A DNA stretch of 64,000 nucleotides from Callorhinchus milii (taxonomy: Eukaryota). This document shows, piece by piece, positions 24,924 to 37,077 of the stretch (within the stretch, counting starts at the first letter, position 1; the number at the start of each line of letters is the position of its first letter). A model generated the notes under the pieces. It saw only the letters and a program-made list of their open reading frames with translations, was not told the DNA's origin and made no database searches. Where the stretch lies: assembly GCF_018977255.1 (NCBI RefSeq), contig NW_024704743.1, positions 112,718,001-112,782,000 of the forward strand, read 5' to 3'. The translations under genes were made by a program, and so were the position numbers.

Positions 24924-26335
24924 TGTATGCGGATGACACCCAATTCTACCTATCTGCGTCCACCCTTGACTCCAGGACCACTGCTGTCCTAACTGAATGT
25001 ATCAAACATCAAGTCCTGGATGAGAGCTAACTTTCTTCAGCTGAACGTCAACAAGACCGAGGCTCTCCTGATTGGCTCCCGTCAACGCCTCCTCACCTCA
25101 GGCGCTGACAGCATCACGATCCATGGTTGCACACTCCACCTTGCTAAGCCAGTCCGGAACCTTGGGTCTTGTTTGACCATCCACTATCCTTTCTACCCCA
25201 CATCTGCGCCATGACCCGCTCTGCCTTCCTCACCTCTGCAACATCACCCGGTTCCGCCACTGTCTCACACCGCAGGCCGCCGAAACCCTCATACACGCCT
25301 TCATTACATCGAGGCTCGACTGTGCAAACTCGGCCTCCCCAACTGTTCCCTCCACAGGCTGGAAGGTTCCTCCAGGTCTGGACTCCTCCTTGTCCCCGAG
25401 TCCTCCACTCCACCCTCGGCGGCCGTACCTTCAGCCACTATGCCCCGAGGCTCTGGAACTGCCTTCCTCACTCCCTTCGTCTTGCTCCCTCCCTTCCCAT
25501 TTTCAGGTCTCTGCTGAAGACCTTTCTTTTCGACTGCGCCTTTGGTTACCTTCCTCCCCCTCCCCCTGGCTCAGTCCCGAGATCCGTGACTGTAAAGCGC
25601 TCTGAGACTCCGTCCGGTGTGGAGGGTGCTATATAAATCCAAGTTGTTGTTGTTGTTGTTGTTGTTGTTGTTGCAGATCATCCAGAGCTCTGCAGCCCAT
25701 GTCCTCTCCCTCACTAGGCTTCACAACCCTATCACACCCAACTCCACTGGCTTCCCTTCACATAGAGGATACAGTTCAAGATCCTGTTCAAGAACTCCAT
25801 CACTCAGTCCCTCCGCCTTGCCACCTCCCTTGCCACCTTCAAGTTCCATCTCAAGACCCTACTCATCAACCGTGCTTTCGATCTCCCTGCTTCCTCCCTG
25901 CCCTCCACCCTCCCCTACCCCGACCCCCAGCTTGGGTCCGTAACTCTGTCTGTCCAGCACCTTGGAACATCCTCCCAATGTGAAAGGCGCTTTACAAATG
26001 TAATTTTGTTGTTGTTGTTGTTGCATTTCACAATTGCAGGTCAGAGTTCTTCTCCTATGGAAATTTATGCTACAAATCAAAGCAACAACAATTTACTTTA
26101 AATGTTACTTTAAAGGTGACTGGGTAGCCAAACTGGGTGAGGGGAAAGGTGGACCTGAGTGGGGTGGAGTGATTGGGGGGCTCACCGAAAGCACAGTGAG
26201 GGCAGTAGATTTCATCTTTTATCTGGGGATCAAAGATTTCAAAGCAAGTCAACAGATTTCAAAACATTTCAATTTCAGTATTAGCGATAAGTCGACAAAC
26301 ATTACAACAAGTGAAAGGGCAGTTTCATCTCTTAC

Positions 26336-26444
26336 CAAGCACCGCCCTGGCCATGTTCCCAGCATAGATCAATTGCCCCTTCTCGCTCTCACTCTCATCC
26401 GCCGAGGAAAAGCAGCGTAAGGACTGACCAAACGAAAGGCGTAT
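26336..26444 (-). CDS. TMEM70: TMEM70 exon 2
   Basis: 109 nt, IRLSFGQSLRCFSSADESESEKGQLIYAGNMARAVL(G); tgcag acceptor, gtaag donor; phase compatible with exons 1 and 3. Confidence 0.95.
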
Positions 26445-26724
26445 CTGCACAAAGAAGAAAAGTGCTTGTATTATTCTCTGTGATCCTCTCCCCGGTCACT
26501 CTCTGACTCTTCCCGATCACTGCCTGGTCCTCACCTTCAAAGCCCTTCACAGCCTGACACCACTCCTCCCTACCTCCGTGACCTCCTATCCCCCTACTAA
26601 CCTGTCCACTCCTTACTCTCAGCGGGCTCTGGCCTGCTTCACATCCACCCCCCACCCGCCTTGCCCGCCTCACCATTGGCAGGTGGGCCTTCGGCCACTC
26701 TGCCCCTACCCTCTGGAATGCTCT

Positions 26725-27712
26725 CTCGCTCTGGTCACTCTCTCTCTCTCTCTCCGGTCACTCTCTCCAGTCATTCTCTATCTCTCTCTCTCCCCGGTCA
26801 CACTCTCTCCCACCGGTCACTCTCTCTCTCTCCCTAGTCACGCTCTCTCTCCACCGGTCACTCTCTCTCTATCCCTCTCTACCTGGTCACTCTCTCCCCC
26901 CGGTCACTTTCTCTCTCCCTCCAGTCACCCTCTCTCTCCCCGGTCACTCCCTTACCCTCCCCAGTCACTCTCTCTCTCTCCCCGGTCACTCTTTCTCTCT
27001 CTCCGTCTCTCTCTCTCGCTCCCTCCGGTCACTCTCTCTCTTCCCGGTCACTCTCTCTCTGGTCACTCTCCCTCTCTCCTGGGTCACTCTCCCTGTCTCC
27101 CCGGTCACTCTCTCTCTGGTCACTCTCTCTCTCTCTCCCCCCGGCCACTCACTCTCTCTCTCTCCCCAGTCACTCTTTCTGTCTCTCCGTTCTCTCTCTC
27201 TCTCTCACTCCCTCCAGTCACTCTTTCTCTTCCCGGTCACTCTCTCTCCCCGGTCACTCTCTCTCTCTCCGGTCACTCTCTCTCTCTAGTCACTCTCTCT
27301 CCCCGGTCACTCTCTCTCTTCCCAGTCACTCTCTCTCTCGTCACTCTCTCCCCGGTCACTCTCTCTCTCGTCACTCTCTCCCCGGTCACTCTTTCTCTCT
27401 GGTCACTCTCCCTCTCTCCCCGGTCACTCTTCCTCACTTCCAGCCACTCTCCCTCTCTCCCCGGTCACTCTTCCTCTCTTCCAGTCACTCTCCCTCTCTC
27501 CCCGGTCGGTCACTCTCCCTCTCTCCCCGGTCGGTCACTCTCCCTCTCTCCCCGGTCACTCTCCCTCTCTCCCCGGTCGGTCACTCTCCCTCTCTCCCCG
27601 GTCGGTCACTCTCCCTCTCTCCCCGGTCACTCTCCCTCTCTCCCCGGTCGGTCACTCTCCCTCTCTCCCGGGTCACTCTCACCCTCTGGTCACTCTCTGA
27701 CCCTCTCACGGG
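26725..27712. repeat. CT-rich minisatellite (CCGGTCACTCTCTCTCT-like units) in TMEM70 intron 1
   Basis: Tandem GGTCACTCT(CT)n units up to the exon 1 donor. Confidence 0.95.
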
Positions 27713-27719
27713 TCACTAC

Positions 27720-27923
27720 CTGTGCGGTGTAGCGGCCGAGCCTCGGCGCCGCTCTCCCCGGCCTCTCAGTGTCCAGGAGGCGGCTGTGGCGGCTCAGGCT
27801 GAAGGCGCTGAGAGACCGGGCGGCGGCCCCGCGCAGCCCCGCACCACAGCCCCCCCAGGAAGCGGGCCCGAGGCCGCGGCTGCAGGAGAGGCCGCTCCGG
27901 AGGATGGCGCCGACTCGCAGCAT
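27720..27923 (-). CDS. TMEM70: TMEM70 exon 1 (mitochondrial presequence-like)
   Basis: ATG at 27923, MLRVGAILRSGLSCSRGL...RYTAQ, Arg/Ser/Leu-rich, CAG|gtagtg donor, in a CpG island; total CDS 204+109+434 = 747 nt. Confidence 0.9.
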
Positions 27924-27981
27924 CGTCTCCGCCTCCAACAGCAGCTTCAGTGAAGACACAGACCCCGAGTGTCGGTCACAC

Positions 27982-29150
27982 AGTACAGTACAATACAATA
28001 CAATACAATACAATACAATACAGGCCGCACCCCCTCCCCCCCCCACACACACACACTGTACAGCCCCCACCCCCTCACCCCACAGTACAGCCCCCACCCC
28101 CCCCCCCACACACACTGTACAGCCCCCACCCCCCCTCCACACACACTGTACAGCCCCCACCCCCCCTCCACACACACTGTACAGCCCCCACCCCCTCACA
28201 CACCCCCCCCACACACACACACACACACTGTACAGCCCCCACCCCCTCACACCCCCCCCCCCACACACACACACACACTGTACAGCCCCCACCCCCTCAC
28301 CCCCACAGTACAGCCCCCACCCCCCCCCCCACACACAGTACAGCCCCCACCCCCCTCCACACACACTGTACAGCCCCCACCCCCCCACACAAACACACTG
28401 TACAGCCCCCACCCCCCCTCCACACACACTGTACAGCCCCCCCCCCACACACACACACACACAGTACAGTCCACACCCCCCACACACACACTGTACAGCC
28501 CCCACACACACAGACACCACCCCCACACACACACACTGTACCCCACACACACACTGTACCCCACACACACACACTGTACAGCCCCCCCCCCACACACACA
28601 CTGTACCCCACACACACACTGTGTACAGCCCCCACCACACACACTGTACAGCCCCCCCCACACACACACTGTGTACAGCCCCCCCACACACACACACTGT
28701 ACAGCACCCCCCCACACACACTGTGTACAGCCCCCACCACACACACACTGTGTACAGCCCCCACCACACACACACACACTGTGTACAGCCCCCCCCACAC
28801 ACACACACTGTACAGCCCCCCCACACACACACTATACACCCCCCCACACACACACTGTACAGCCCCCCCCCACACACACACACACTGTGTACAGCCCGCC
28901 CCTACACACACACAGTACAGCCCCCCCCCACAAACACACACTGTGTACAGCCCCCACCTCACACACACTGTACAGCCCCCCCCCACACACACGCACACAC
29001 AGTGTACAGCCGCGCGCACACACACACACAGTGTATACAGCAACCAACTACACTGTGTACAGCAACCTACCACACCACGTGAAGCAACCAACCAACCACA
29101 CTGAATACACACAGGGCACACTGTATACAGCAACCACACTATTTACAGCA
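27982..29150. repeat. (TACAA)n microsatellite followed by a CACACTGTACAGCCCCC minisatellite upstream of TMEM70
   Basis: Tandem units visible directly; C-rich on the plus strand. Confidence 0.95.
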
Positions 29151-29635
29151 ACCAACCAGACTCGGTACATAGAACACACGCCAACCAGACTGTGCAGCAT
29201 TCCAGTGCACTTGTGCCATGTGAAGGCCTCTACATAAATGCAAGTTGTTGTTGTGTACACACCAACCACACTGCTAGTGATTAGGTACACTGGGTGTAAC
29301 CCACTGGGGCAGAGAATGTGCATTTCATTTCAGATTCAAGGAAATTTCCATGTGGAACTCACAGGTTGGATTTGATACTCTTCAGCAGGTTGATGGGTTT
29401 CCAACATGGTGATGTCAGTCGGCTAATGAAAAAAAATACTCTGAAGGCGATTTTTACAATATTCTTAGCAGTTGCTGTGTTGAGGCACTTCAGAATATGT
29501 ATCAAGACCTTGACTGAAAAATTATTAAATTTGTTGGCCTCACCACAACCTTTTTTTAAGTTCATGATTTACTTATTCTGAATCCAAACATTGGTTTATC
29601 TCAATGAAAGCGCTCGGAGACTCTCCCAGGTGAAG

Positions 29636-29992
29636 GACAACAACAAAATTACATTTATAGAGCGCCTTTCACGTCGGGAGGATGTCCCAAAGCACTGAAC
29701 TGTCAGGTGTCGGGGCCCGAGCATGGGGGAGGAGTGGTGTAGGGGTGAGGGAAGGCAGAGAGGTGGGAGGGAGACTAAAGGCATGATTGAAGAGAAGGGT
29801 CTTGAGTCCGGCCTTGAAGGAGGCAAGGGAGAAAGCGAGGTGAAGGGATCGTGGGATGGAGTTCCAGAGAGTGGGGGCAGAGAGGCTGGGAGTGATGGTG
29901 TCGCGGAGCCTGGTGAGTGAGAGTTCACGAGCTGCAGAGTTTGGGATGATCTGCAGCTTGTGAAGGGAAGAGTTGGGAAGGCCGATGAGGAG
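29636..29992 (-). mobile_element. L2 3' fragment with internal deletion
   Basis: Reverse-complement stem-loop tail and LQIIPNSAAR-like segment. Confidence 0.8.
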
Positions 29993-30739
29993 GGAGGGAC
30001 GCTATGCAAACGCAAGTTGTTGTTGTTACTGTAACCTAACTAAATTCAAATCAAGGGTATGTTATTAAAGCTTTTTTATTTGTCAATCCAAACAATCAAA
30101 AATCCATCACTCTAAACCACACCCTTTATCCCACTCCCAATACACTCGTGATGCCATTACAATGTCTAATACGAAATGATGATATTTTTGTTTGTTTTGA
30201 GGTAATAGGGTAGATATCACAAATTTTTGGTCACCTGGACTTCCTGCCCTTCTCGTTGGCCCTTTGATTATCAATTTACTCTTAAAGAAGTTACCTTTGT
30301 TGCCCCAATGCCTTCGGAAGTCCTCTGGACCTGATAGGCTCCATATAAATGTGATTGGTGGATTGCATTCAATGGGGTTGATAATCCCTTAAAAAAACAT
30401 GTGGTCATTTAATCCATGACTGGTTTGTGGGATATTGCTGTGCGTAATTGACTGTGTTTTGCCCACAAAATACACTGAATCCACTTTACAGTATATCCTG
30501 TGAAGTGCTTTGAGACATCTCGACGACGTAATAAGGCGTCAAATGCAAGGATTATTATTAGTTGTTGTTGTCCTGTTGTCACGAACCTCCTTTGGCCAAC
30601 CTCTCCCCCATTGGGAATGGTGGGGGGGGGCACTGTTTATTTCCACAACAACATTGAGAATAATGAAACACAACCGTCTTTCAGGGACGATCATTAAATA
30701 GGATTTGATCTCCTTCCTTCACTTGTGTGAGAGTCAGAG

Positions 30740-31452
30740 AGGTGTGTGTTGTGGGGGGGCTGTGTGGGGTAGGGGGCTGTGTGTGTGGGGTAGGGGGCTG
30801 TGTGTGTGGGGTAGGGGCTGTGTGTGTGGGGGGGGGTGCTGTGTGTGGGGAGGGGCTGTATGTTGGGGGGCTGTGTGGGGTAGGGGCTGTGTGTGGGGGG
30901 AGGGGCTGTGTGGGGGGGCTGTGTGCGTGGGGTAGGGGGCTGTGTGTGTGGGGGGGGTGCTGTGTGGGGGGAGGGGCTGTGTGGGGGGGCTGTGTGGGGT
31001 AGGGGGGGGTGTGGGGTAGGGGGGGGTGTGGGGGGGGTGCTGTGTGTGTGGGGTAGGGGGCTGTGTGTGGGGTAGGGGGCTGTGTGTGTGGGGGGGGGTG
31101 CTGTGTGCGGGGAGGGGCTGTGTGTTGGGGGGCTGTGTGGGGTAGGGGGCTGTGTGTGGGGGGAGGGGCTGTGTGGGGGAGGGGCTGTGTGTTGGGGGGC
31201 TGTGGGGTAGGGGGCTGTGTGTGTGGGGGGGGTGCTGTGTGGGGGAGGGGCTGTGTGGGGGGGGCTGTGTGGGGTAGGGGTGTGTGTGTGGGGGGGTGCT
31301 GTGTGTGTGGGGGGGGCTGTGTGTGGGGAGGGGCTGTGTGTTGGGGGGCTGTGTGGGGTAGGGGGCTGTGTGTGTGTGGGGGGGGGTGCTCTGTGGGGGG
31401 AGGGGCTGTGTGGGGGGAGGGGCTGTGTGGGGTAGGGGTGTGTGGGGTAGGG

Positions 31453-31483
<31 letters not shown>

Positions 31484-32390
31484 TGGGGGGGGTGCTGTGT
31501 GTGGGGAGGGGCTGTGTGTTGGGGGGCTGTGTGGGGTAGGGGGCTGTGTGTGTGGGTGGGTGGGCTGTGTGTGGGGAGGGGCTGTGTGTTGGGGGCTGTG
31601 TGGGGTAGGGGTGTGTGTGTGGGGTAGGGTGTGGGGGGTGGGCTGTGTGTGTGGGGGGGCTGTGTGTGGGGAGGGGCTGTGTGTGGGGTAGGGGGCTGTG
31701 TGTGTGTGGGGGGGGGGCTGTGGGGGGGGGGCTGTGTGTGGGGAGGGGCTGTGTGGGGTAGGGGGCTGTGTGTGTGTGGGGGGGGGCCTGTGTGTGGGGA
31801 GGGGCTGTGTGGGGTAGGGGGCTGTGTGTGTGGGGGGGGCTGTGTGTGGGGAGGGGCTGTGTGGGGTAGGGGGCTGTGTGTGTGGGGGGGGGTGCTGTGT
31901 GTGTGGGGGGGTGCTGTGTGTGTGGGGGGGGTGCTGTGTGTGTGGGGGGGTGCTGTGTGTGTGGGGGGGTGCTGTGTGTGGGGAGGGCTGTGTGGGGAGG
32001 GGCTGTGTGGGGTAGGGGGCTGTGTGTGTGTGGGGGGGTGCTGTGTGTGGGCAGGGGCTGTGTGGGGTAGGGGTGTGTGTGTGGGGGGCTGTGTGTGGGG
32101 GGGCTGTGTGGGGGAGGGGCTGTGTGGGGGCGGGGCTGTGTGTGTGTGTGTGGGGGGGCTGTGTGTGGGCAGGGGCTGTGTGGGGTAGGGGTGTGTGTGT
32201 GGGGGGGCTGTGTGTGGGGGGGCTGTGTGGGGGAGGGGCTGTGTGTGTGGGGTGGGGAGGGGCTGTGTGTGTGTGGGGAGGGCTGTGTGTTGGGGCTGTG
32301 TGGGGTAGGGGTGTGTGTGTGGGGAGGGGTGTGGGGGGGTAGGCTGTGTGTGTGGGGGGGGGGTGGGGGGGGCTTAGGGGGAGGGGGTAA
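30740..32390. repeat. G-rich minisatellite (GGGGCTGTGTGTGGGG / GGGGTAGGGGG units) upstream of ELOC
   Basis: Tandem units visible directly. Confidence 0.95.
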
Positions 32391-32399
32391 AGGTTGCCC

Positions 32400-32900
32400 C
32401 TGGTGACCTGACGGAAGTGGAGCGGTGTGTTTCCGGGTCGGGCTCTGAGCGGCGGCGGCGGTGGAGGAAGAAGAAGATCGGCGCCGTCTGCTGGTAACTC
32501 TCTCGCTCTTCATATCACCGACAGGACACGCTGACCGGCAGCCAGACCGGCAGCCCGGCCCCGGGCTGACACAGCCAGGGAGAGGGCGGCGGGGGGGGAG
32601 AGGGCGGCGGGGGGGAGGGCTCCTTGTGTGACTGAATCGCCCCGACACTCACTCACTCACTCACTCACTCTGTGCCGGAGCCGCTTCCGTTTGATATCGG
32701 TTGAGAAGGGCCCGAGCGCCTCCTCTCTCCCCCCCCCCAGGGCCGGGCCGCGGTTGTTGATAAGCAGTCGGGGCCGCGCAGGCCCTGGTCTGGCCTTTTC
32801 CGGTTTATCTGTTAACCTTATATAAGTGAGGCCCCGAACCCAACCGCCCCGAACCCAACCGCGCCCGTCCTGTATGGAGGCTTTTCACTTCATACGGATC
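32400..32900 (+). promoter_or_regulatory. ELOC: ELOC CpG-island promoter and non-coding first exon(s)
   Basis: CpG-rich unique island between two minisatellites; ETS-type motifs CGGAAGTG (32412) and TTCCGG; donors CTG|gtaact at 32494 and TAA|gtgagg at 32826. Confidence 0.7.
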
Positions 32901-32929
32901 GACAGCGGCGATGGTGGGCATCGGTTTTG

Positions 32930-35900
32930 TGTGTGCGTGTGTGTGTGTGAGGGGGGGATTGGTGTGTGTGTGAGGGGGGATTGGTGTGTGAGGTGGGGGG
33001 TCAGTGTGTGAGGGGGGATTGGTGTGTGAGGGGGGGATTGGTGTGTGAGGGGGGGATTGGTGTGTGAGGGGGGATTGGTGTGTGAGGGGGGGATTGGTGT
33101 GTGAGGGGGATTGGTGTGTGTGAGGGGGGGATTGGTGTGTGTGTGAGGGGGGATTGGTGTGTGTGAGGGGGATTGGTGTGTGAGGGGGGGGATTGGTGTG
33201 TGAGGGGGGGGATTGGTGTGTAGGGGGGATTGGTGTGTGAGGGGGGGTTGGTTTGTGTGAGGGGGGGGGTTGGTGTGTGTGAGGGGGGGGATTGGTGTGT
33301 GAGGGGGGGATTGGTGTGTGTGAGGGGGGGATTGGTGTGTGTGTGAGGGGGGGATTGGTGTGTGTGAGGGGGGGATTGGTGTGTGTGAGGGGGGGATTGG
33401 TGGTTGAGGGGGGAATGGTGTGTGAGGGGGGGGATTGGTGTGTGTGAGGGGGGGGGGGATTGGTGTGTGTGGGGGGGGATTGGTGTGAGGGGGGGATTGG
33501 TGTGTGAGGGGGGGATTGGTGTGTGTGAGGGGGGATTGGTGTGTGTGAGGGGGGGATTGGTGTGTGTGAGGGGGGGATTTGGTGTGTGTGGGGGGGATTG
33601 GTGTGTGTTGAGGGGGGATTGGTGTGTGTGAGGGGGGATTGGTGTGTGTGTGAGGGGGGGATTGGGTGTGTGTGAGGGGGGGATTGGTGTGTGAGGGGGG
33701 GATTGGTGTGTAGGGGGGGATTGGTGTGTGAGGGGGGGGTTGGTTTGTGTGAGGTGGGGGGATTGGTGTGTGAGGGGGGATGGTGTGTGAGGGGGGGATG
33801 GTGTGTGAGGGGGGGATGGTGTGTGAGGGGGGGATTGGGTGTGTGAGGGGGGGATTGGTGTGTGAGGGGGGGATTGGTGTGTGAGGGGGGGATTGGTGTG
33901 TGAGGGGGGGATTGGTGTGTGAGGGGGGTTGGTGTGTGGGGGGGGTTGGTGTGTGGGGGGGGTGGTGTGTGGGGGGGGGTTGTGTGTGGGGGGGGTTGGT
34001 GTGTGGGGGGGGTTGGTGTGTGGGGGGGGTTGGTGTGGGGGGGGGGTTGGTGTGTGGGGGGGGGGGGTTGGTGTGTGGGGGGGGGGTTGGGTGTGTGTGG
34101 GGGGGGGTTGGGTGTGTGGGGGGGGGGGTTGGTGTGTGTGGGGGGGGTTGGTGTGTGTGGGGGGGTTGGGTGTGTGGGGGGGGTTGGTGTGGTGTGGGGG
34201 GGGGTTGGTGTGCGTGTGGGGGGGGTTGGTGTGCGTGTGGGGGGGTTGGTGTGCGTGGGGGGGGGGGGTTGGTGTGTGTGGGGGGGGGGTTGGTGTGTGT
34301 GTGGGGGGGGGGTTGGTGTGTGTGGGGGGGGTTGGTGTGTGTGGGGGGGGGTTGGTGTGTGTGGGGGGGTTGGTGTGTGTGTGGGGGGGGGTTGGTGTGC
34401 GTGTGGGGGGGGGTTGGTGTGCGTGTGGGGGGGTTGGTGTGCGTGTGGGGGGGGGTTGGTGTGCGTGTGGGGGGGTTGGTGTGCGTGTGGGGGGGGGTTG
34501 GTGTGCGTGTGGGGGGGGTTGGTGTGTGGTGTGTGGGGGGGGGTTGGTGTGTGTGTGTGGGGGGGGGTTGGTGTGTGTGTGGGGGGGGGGTTGGTGTGTG
34601 TGTGAGGGGGGGGTTGGTGTGTGTGTGAGGGGGGGTTGGTGTGTGTGGAGGGGGGGGTTGGTGTGTGTGTGAAGGGGGGGGATGGTATGGCGTGTGCGCG
34701 AGGGGGGGATTGGTGTGTGTGTGTGTGGTGGGGGATTGGTGTGTGTGTGAGGGGGGGATTGGTGTGTGTGTGGGGGGGATTGGTGTGTGTGTGGGGGGGA
34801 TTGGTGTGTGAGGGGAGGGATTGGTGTGTTGAGGGGGAGGGATTGGTGTGTGAGGGGGGGGATTGGTGTGTGTGTGGGGGGGGATTGGTGTGTGTGTGAG
34901 GGGGGGGATTGGTGTGGTGGGGGGGGATTGGTGTGTGCGTGAGGGGGGGGGATTGGTGTGTGCGTGAGGGGGGAGGGATTGGTGTGTGCGTGAGGGGGAG
35001 GATTGGTGTGTGCGTGAGGGGGAGGGATTGGTGTGTGCGTGAGGGGGAGGGATTGGTGTGTGCGTGAGGGGGGAGGGATTGGTGTGTGGTGAGGGGGGGG
35101 ATTGGTGTGTGCGTGAGGGGGGGGATTGGTGTGTGCGTGAGGGGGGGATTGGTGTGTGCGTGAGGGGGGGGGATTGGTGTGTGCGTGAGGGGAGGGATTG
35201 GTGTGTGCGTGAGGGGAGGGATTGGTGTGTGCGTGAGGGGGGAGGGATTGGTGTGTCCGTGAGGGGGGAGGGATTGGTGTGTCCGTGAGGGGGAGGATTG
35301 GTGTGTGCGTGAGGGGAGGGATTTGTGTGGGGGGGGAGGGATTGGTGTGGGGGGGAGGGATTGGTGTGTGGGGGGGAGGGATTGGTGTGTGGGGGGGAGG
35401 GATTGGTGTGTGTGAGGGGGGTGGTCGTTGGGTGGGGAGGGGTGGGTCGGTGGGTGGGGATTGGTGTGAGGGGAGGGTTGATTTGTGTGGGGTGGGCACA
35501 TGTGCGCGGGGAGGGGTTGGGTTGTGTGGGGGGGGGATCGGTGCGTGTGGGAGCGTCGGTGCGCGTGTGGGGGTGGGTTGGTGCATGTCAGTGTGTGTGT
35601 GGGTCGGAGCATGTGTGTGATGTGGGGGTGGTGCGTGTGTGGGGGGGTCGTGGTGCGTGTGCGAGGGGGACGCGCATGCGCAGGGGGACGATGTGTGTGT
35701 GTGGCGGGGAGGTTGGTGCGTGTGTGGGGGCAGGCGGGTGGGTAGTCACGTGTGTGGGGGCAGGCAGGCGGGTCGTCACGTGTGTGTGGGGGTGGGCGGG
35801 CGGTTGTTGCGTGTGTGGGGGTGCAGGTGGGTCGTCGCGTGTGTGGGCGGGTGGGTTGTCGCGCATGTATGTGTGTATGTGTGGGTCGTCGCGCATGGGT

Positions 35901-36030
35901 GGGGGTTTCGTCGCACGCGTGGGGCGTGCGTGTGTGCAGAGTGGGGGGTTGGTGTATGTGTGGGGTGGAGAATTGGTGTGTGGTGGTGGGATGGGGGGTC
36001 GGTGTGTGTGTGGTTGAGGTGTGGAGGTTG
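32930..36030. repeat. G-rich minisatellite (GAGGGGGGATTGGTGTGT units) in ELOC intron 1, degenerate at the 3' end
   Basis: Tandem units visible directly. Confidence 0.95.
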
Positions 36031-37077
36031 GTCGCCATATGAAGGTCGGTGGTGGTAGTGTATATATCGGGAGACTTGTTTTTTTTTTAAAAATTGAGTT
36101 GCTGCCTGAGGTTAGTATTTTGGTTTGTGTTATGTGCTGGAGGCTGGATCATGGAGGCCAATAGATTCACTGGGATTATCTGCTGTCTAAGTTTTCCTTT
36201 TTTAAAAAAAAAAGGTTTTTATATTTAGGGGAGAGGACAGTCTGTTTTATCCTAACCCCTCTTTGCTTCCAACTGCATTTTTGTCGAATGGAGAAGGCTT
36301 ATTTGTACACATTGCACCAATTCAATGCAAACTGCTGACTTTAAGCTTCATGTGGATGCGCTTGTTTTAAATGTACTGTTTTTTTTAAAATTGTGCATGC
36401 CGATTAATACAGCTTAATGAATCTCACGCAGCCATTTTTATGTCAGTGAGTGTTTTCAGTGTTTTGGCTGATTGCAGCTTTCTGCCTCACCCTCCCCAAG
36501 TGGCTCTTTGTAACTACAGGTTATAGATGTTGATGCCCCATGAGTTTTGTAAATATTCCCCACTAGCGATTGAAAGGAACAACAGCTATAGGTGAGGGTG
36601 AACTTTACAAATATCTCTTGAGCAGGCTGCCAGAATTGGTGTGATAGGTGGACAAGTTTCCTTTTGAAGTATTTCCTTTTCTTTCTTGCTTGTTTGTGAG
36701 TAGAATGCTGTAATCAAAAGAGATAATCCTGTTTGGTGGTCTCAGTAGTCCACTTAAGCCAACTGGGTCTGGGGTGCTCTAGGACCCTGCTGATGACAGA
36801 CCAGCCAGCCTGGCTTGTCGATTGACCTTGGATGGACAGATTGGGTTACTGGGAACGGATTCAAGTCCCAACTGTTGGAGTTGGAGTAGTATTGAGTAGA
36901 CCCAGGAAGCTTGCCAGACAGTGCTTTCAATGGCAATCTATGCGGTTTTAGATGGTTAAACTCCAGCAGGACCCCAGCATACACTCTGGGGCCTCCCAGG
37001 TTGACTCTTGCCAACCTGCATCTAGTATTCTGTAGAATTAGATAAGCAGGGTGTGCCCCTCCATGAACATAGTGTGC

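Larger units (their letters stand above)
22140..26020 (+). mobile_element. Older L2 host element, interrupted by a CR1 and two L2 insertions
   Basis: RT pieces continue collinearly across the inserts (22140-22480, 23380-23489, 24930-25360, 25673-26020). Confidence 0.85.

Noticed and set aside
26578..27732. 384-aa S/L/P-rich ORF
   Set aside because: Read-through of the CT minisatellite, antisense to TMEM70 intron 1.
30740..32390. Telomere-like or CRISPR-like array
   Set aside because: No TTAGGG tracts and no unique spacers; this is a eukaryotic minisatellite.
27690..36058. Very long ORFs (e.g. 1077, 861, 655, 437 aa) rich in H/T/P or G/V/C
   Set aside because: Translations of stop-poor minisatellites, open in several frames on both strands. 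Only 27720-27923 is real coding sequence.
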